From: Setoptus koraiensis
Lineage: Eukaryota > Animalia > Arthropoda
Length of the DNA: 64,000 nucleotides
NCBI GenBank assembly: GCA_048013815.1
Contig: CM106586.1
Span: forward strand, 19,096,001-19,160,000
Direction of reading: 5' to 3'
Shown here: one piece after another, positions 58,690 through 64,000 of the stretch
Position numbering within the stretch: position 1 is the first letter of the stretch
Layout of the letters: each line of letters begins with the position of its first letter
Program-made: the position numbers and the translations under genes
Notes under the pieces: model-generated
What the model saw: only the letters and a program-made list of their open reading frames with translations
Told to the model about the DNA's origin: nothing
The model's database searches: none

Positions 58690-60416
58690 ATGCTCAGAAT
58701 GAGTAGTTTCAATCGCCATCTACTATGGTCAGCGATATTAATGATAACAACCATCCTGATCAACAGCGAGCTACAAGTCGCCTCTGATGGTAATGTAACA
58801 ACCGGTAATGTTTATTGACTTATAGTTTTCTATCAAGATTACCTGATTTTCTTTTGCCATAACAATTAACTTATATGCAAATTGATGTCATATGCATGAA
58901 TACATATGCGATATAATATTCTTGACTCTCAAAGGCCCAACAGTTCCTGATGAGGGTCTGTACATAAAAAAGCTAAGATTAGAACTGCTCAATCAGCGCC
59001 AATACGACAAATGGAGTAGACCAGTCAAAAATCATGCGACACAGACCAAGGTCGATATGAAGATAGTAGTTAATGAATTTGTTGAGTTGGACACTGTTCA
59101 ATCGACGCTAATCACGGATGCTTGGTTCCATATTTCGTGGAAAGACGAATATCTCACTTGGGAACCAAATGATTATGGTCAATTGAAACAGATACATTTC
59201 GGTTCGCATGAATTATGGAAGCCTGATATTGTTTTGATCAATACCGCCGATCAAGAAAATATGCTGGGTGTTTTCGCTGATTCAGATATTGTTGTTAATT
59301 CTACCGGCGATGTTACCTGGATCACAATGGGCCTACTGAAATCCAAGTGTCCAATCTGGGCAAACGATTTTCCATTTGCAAGCAGGCCAGTCTATTGTAG
59401 ATTGACTTTCTGTTCGCTCATATATCAGGCAAGTGAAGTGAATTTAACTACACCGGCTGACGAGTTTTTCTTGGAAGGCCCATGGTATGTGAATCAAAAG
59501 TTAGCGTTTATCAACATTACAAGCAATCGTTATGAAAGACATTTTGAGGGTTACGGTTCTTATTCATTTGAGTCGTTGACAGTTCAATTGAAACGAAAAG
59601 ACAGCTCGTTTGCAACAATTGTGCGCATACCAACATTAGTGTCAATTATGTTAGTGTTGTGTATGTTCTTCATGCCTATCACTTGGCCTGTCAGGATTCA
59701 CTTTGGCCTAGTAGCTGTACTCATACAACTAATATTGATACTTTACGTCGGACTTCAATTGGGCATTAACGCCATAGGCTTGGCTAGACCGAGTAAGTAA
59801 AAAGATTTACATACGATTTAACAAACAGCAATCAACGCTGCGTGATTGCGCGATTATAATTAGTGTAAATTTGCTCACTTATCACTAACACTGATACTAA
59901 TTGTCTCTATAACATGTTTAATTCAATACAGTCTCGGTACTTAGGGCGGACTTATTTCTCTCGTGTCTGGCACTTATATTAACGATAGTATTCAGACGTC
60001 TGTTAGTCAAAGCAAACTCGCTACCACAACTACCATATGTAGTGTCGTCATTGTTATCAGGACCTGTTGCACGGCTCCTGTGTTTTGGTATAAACCAAAA
60101 TGATGAACACTCAACAAGTGGCAACAATGATGGCTTACTGCCGACTATCCATTCCCATAGAACAGGAAATTTGTCCGAAGTATCAATCGGGGGGCAATAC
60201 ACAAGCGGCTCATCGGATGTTGAGCAGCTTACCTCGACCGATGATGACTGCATGCCCAATCTGGGCTCTAGATTATCATCGAATGGTCACCAACCGTTCG
60301 GTGCATCCATGCTGAAGATGAGCTCAAGCCAACAAGAATGGATGCTGGTCATTATATTTCTAGATAGGATACTGCTTGGTTTTTTTGCCTTCATAATGAT
60401 ACCCAGGCTTCTGTAG
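58690..60416 (+). CDS. Divergent nicotinic acetylcholine receptor-like (Cys-loop LGIC) subunit, non-alpha, 3 exons (58690-58789, 58935-59792, 59932-60416; ~480 aa)
   Basis: Signal peptide exon; YDKWSRPV, W.DEYLTWEP.DYG, LWKPDIVL.N, G.VTW, Cys loop C..DFPF..C; four TM segments ending EWMLVIIFLDRILL. No vicinal CC in loop C. Confidence 0.9.
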
Positions 60417-63377
60417 AAGCGCTTGAGCACCAAGAGACCATTGATAGGTCAAATCGTTTACGCAGCGTTATCTATCTATTCGACATTAAGTTGCATGAGT
60501 AACAACAAGCAAGGTAAACTAAAAGTTAATTCAACTTAGTGACAGCTCACTACTGCTGCATGTATAAGAACATTTGTCAATTGGCTCAGCTTGTATTGAA
60601 TGGTGACGAAAGAATAGAAATTACTAGGGTTACTGATGTCATCCTTGTTGTTGTCATTACTACGAATGCTCACAATGATATGCGACAAAATCTCTCTCCC
60701 TTTCTCTCCGGTTCTCTGGATGCGAGCTTGAGTCTCGCCATGTACTTTGTGTCACATCTTATTGCTAGTAGCGTAACATTCATGTGTACGCTGATGCTGG
60801 TACCGATTTTAAGATCGTCGTTTTTTGTCGTCAAGCTTGCAGCTTGTGCTGCATTTGCGTTGATGCGTATGTTATGTTCATAAATGAAAAGTGAAAAATA
60901 AGCAAATGTCAACTACACCGTTACTATTGTTGCAGGGATTTAGGTTCCTAGAAAGTCAACTCTATTTTCAACAATCTATTATTCCACGGTTCTTGAAGTT
61001 TGCCAGTAAAGACAACTATCTTGTTGACTATAGGAGAGTAGGAACAAACTCATGTGTCTATGTGTGACAATAATCAGTAAAGTTAGTCGTGTGAGTGTGT
61101 GCTTAGAAAGACAAGCTTCAGATTAGATTACGCCTCCCTATTTCGGCGACTCGGTTCGCCTAACTCAAAAGCATGTACAATGTAACGGAACTTGTTGAAT
61201 AATCGCAATAACACAGTAGTCTTGAGAAGTAACAGGCGCCAGTCGTCGTCGTAATAGTGGTCGTAGAGGCAGTGGTGGCATCGGCAATTACTGAGAATTT
61301 AGCTTGTGTGTCATATGGCCGTAGCGTAGTTATTTTTGCAGTCGGCATCAACGTGAGCTTGCAGAGGTATGCATGGGGTATGCTCATGGATAGATAGGTT
61401 GAGAAAGAAAGTTGCCTAGTGTTGTATACTTGTTTTAATAGCTCACGACAACAGTGCACATAGCTGATAACTTGTTGACTTGGGAATTGTTTCTCTGTCT
61501 CTATCTGTCTTTGATTATTCCTTCATCTTATTGAAGTTAATAATTTGTGTTTTTTCTTTCTCGAGAAGCGGATAGTGTAGTTGCAACTGTTTTTTTTTGT
61601 TGTTGTTCTTATTTCTTCGTGGTTGCCATTATGTAACTGAAAGGGAATTCCAAGCGAATGTAAGCGAGGAGAAAATGGAAAAGCCTTTTTCTGCCGCTGC
61701 TGTTCCAATTTTAAATCAAGATTAGATAAGTAGAACAAAAAAGGAAGTCAAGATGGATCGAATGGATACAGACGTCGGCCTGTTGCTTGCTTGCTCGCAG
61801 CTATCCAACTATGTTTGCCATGCAACAGTTTCATGTGTGTGTGTGTGTGTGTGTGGTAAAAGCACGCCGTTCTTTTTATCCGAGTGTGGCGGTGAACACA
61901 AGTTGGTTTTGAATCCGGATTTGAGATTAATCAAGCATCGGCTCTTAATTATTAATAATATTATTAAAACCATTATTGATGACGTCGGTGCCGATGGTGC
62001 TGCAAGGTAAGTTGTAAAAGTTGTAGAGACTGGTGGCTGTAAAAAATGTTCAGATATAATCACTCATGGCTATGGCGAGCGCATTTGAATAGATTCACAA
62101 AAAACTTTCCAGACAGCATTTGCATCTGACCGGTCAGCGTTACGCCGGCTCCAGGAGAACATGGCGCCAACATGTGTGACCTGAGCGCAAATTGAATACG
62201 CTTGCCGATAATACCGGTGAGAGCGGGCAGCGGTAAGAGCGGCCGGCGAGCTGTCCCGCGGGCCGCTACCGTGCAGCGCACACAGATTTCGGGGAGTGCG
62301 GGAGAGAGTTGCTCGGTGTGCCCGGAAAGAAAGCACAAAGCACTTTGTGCCACAAAGACACAGTCGTTTGCCGGGGATGTCGCCGCAACATGGGAGTGTT
62401 CAGTGAGCGCTCGGGAGGGCGCCAGAGGGAGTGATCGATAGGAAGTGACTGTTGCGGCCCCCTGTGCACCGTTTGCTCCTTTGTGTGCGCTCTGTCGCCG
62501 AGATGTCTGCCCCGGCCAAAATCGAACTTTTCGTCGATGCACACTGACGCTGGCGGTACAGTTAGTGTTGACAACTTGCGAGACGGCATCGCACAACTGT
62601 GACACACACACACACACATTCACTGCATAACATTTGTGAGTGAGTTCATATAGGCGAGCGAATTGATAAACAATTCGACAATGAGCACAAAATTAGCTGC
62701 GGCTCATCGAACTATTTCGGTTCGGCCGGCATCATGCATGTGCTAGCGCATGTGTGCCGTGTGCAATGTTGGAGTGGCACCGTGTATCGGCATGTCTCGG
62801 CACATGTATCTCATTGGCAGCCCATGAGCCTGGCTGCCAGTGGTAGCCCATCGTTGCCTATCGTGGCCTGTGGTAGGCAGTAGGGTAGCGGCTTGCAAGT
62901 GCGGGGCGGCTGGTTATGCGCATTACGCTATGGGCTCTGGCCGCTGTTGTCGCTGTTTAAGTTTTAAGTTCGATTGAAAAGTTCGCTACACAACTTGTCA
63001 GTTTGTACTTGTGAGAGCAACAACTGGTCTGTGCGTCTGTGTGTGTGCCCCCTCAGCTAGCCAAGGAGCTGTTGTGTGTTTGTGTGCGCGTTTGCGTCTC
63101 ATGATCCCATCGCTGCACACACACACTGCATTCGCTGGAAACATTCACATGAGACTCATGGTGAGAGAGTCGGCCAGTTCGTTAGTTCTAGCGACCGGCA
63201 GCCAACTGCCGAAGGTGAAAGAAAGCAAATACAGCAGGCGCTGCTGAATGGTGGTCGGCTCGAATCGATGCAGTGTGTATCGCAAGTTGCAACGAGTCGA
63301 GTTAGCGCACACACTCGCATTAGAGCGAGATACATAAGAAAAACACACACGATCTCGACCGGCAACAGCAGCGGCCG

Positions 63378-63470
63378 CAGCCAGACAGTCGAGCAGCCAA
63401 CAGTCGAGCAGCCAACAGTCGAGCAGCCAAACAGTCGGGCAGCCAAACATCCGAGCAGCCAGACATCGGA
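63378..63470. repeat. 15-16 bp tandem repeat (cagtcgagcagccaa x~5)
   Basis: Read directly. Confidence 0.85.
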
Positions 63471-64000
63471 GAGAGCAAAAGTATTGGATGCTTCAGTTAG
63501 AGTCAGTCGTTCGCTCGTATAGTATCGTGTGTGTGTGTGTGTGTGTCTAGCGTGTACCTAAACTAGTGCTACCTCTGCGGACAATAATATCTCCATTAGC
63601 AACATCACACACACAAGCAAACACACACACACACACACACACAGCAACAGCGAGCCAACACACACAAGTGATCGTAATATTTTGAATGTTCCACAGCACA
63701 CTGCCACAGTGTATAGCAGCACAGATTGTGATAGTTTTCTCCAGCTTCATCTTCGGACGCCAGCTATTGTTGTGGTTATTGAATATCCACTGCCAGCGTC
63801 CACACTCTTTTTTACCTGCATACAGGACATTCAACTGCTAGGACAAATAACCCATTTGACAATAATATCTCTCATCACCCATGATTCGATCTTCATCGCC
63901 ACTATTACCATTACTACTATTACTATTATTATTATCTTCATCACTATTATTATTATTATCGCTGTATTAATATTGTTAGGACTTATTATTGTGTTATCAC

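Noticed and set aside
1-64000. CRISPR arrays, rRNA, tRNA, snRNA; functional clustering of ChAT with the nAChR-like gene
   Set aside because: No repeat-spacer array or recognisable RNA gene was seen. The two cholinergic-type genes are 52 kb apart with unrelated genes between them, so co-location is likely chance.

Overview
Eukaryotic (animal) genomic DNA, not prokaryotic: spliceosomal GT-AG introns, microsatellites and conserved metazoan genes. The gene set, compact intron-poor genes and a classical aquaglyceroporin suggest a small-genome arthropod, probably a mite (inference, not verified). Left to right: 5-exon choline acetyltransferase with a 25-Q insertion (+); a decayed mosaic with a parvin pseudogene fragment; a ~865 bp foldback element whose core is packed with CGAAG-triloop mini-hairpins; a 3-exon aquaglyceroporin (-); an ERICH3/DUF4590-like gene with an upstream X-box (+); a nested TE cluster with a Helitron-like insert and two different hAT MITEs in tandem at one 8-bp target; intronless HP1 and INTS10 (+); SPO11 (-) with a long acidic N-terminal extension carrying a DEIDVVG (WDR5-binding-like) motif; a signal-peptide CRAL-TRIO protein (-); a two-LIM protein without homeodomain (-); a ~15 kb GC- and palindrome-rich non-coding block that may hold the upstream exons of a single-pass PPxY membrane protein (+); a tandem pair of novel secreted helical proteins (one intact, one frameshifted and lacking the TATA box); an N-terminally short CNOT10 (-); and a divergent non-alpha nAChR-like subunit (+). 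Exon boundaries and homologies were derived by hand-reading and recalled family motifs; no database search was run. No rRNA, tRNA or CRISPR was seen.
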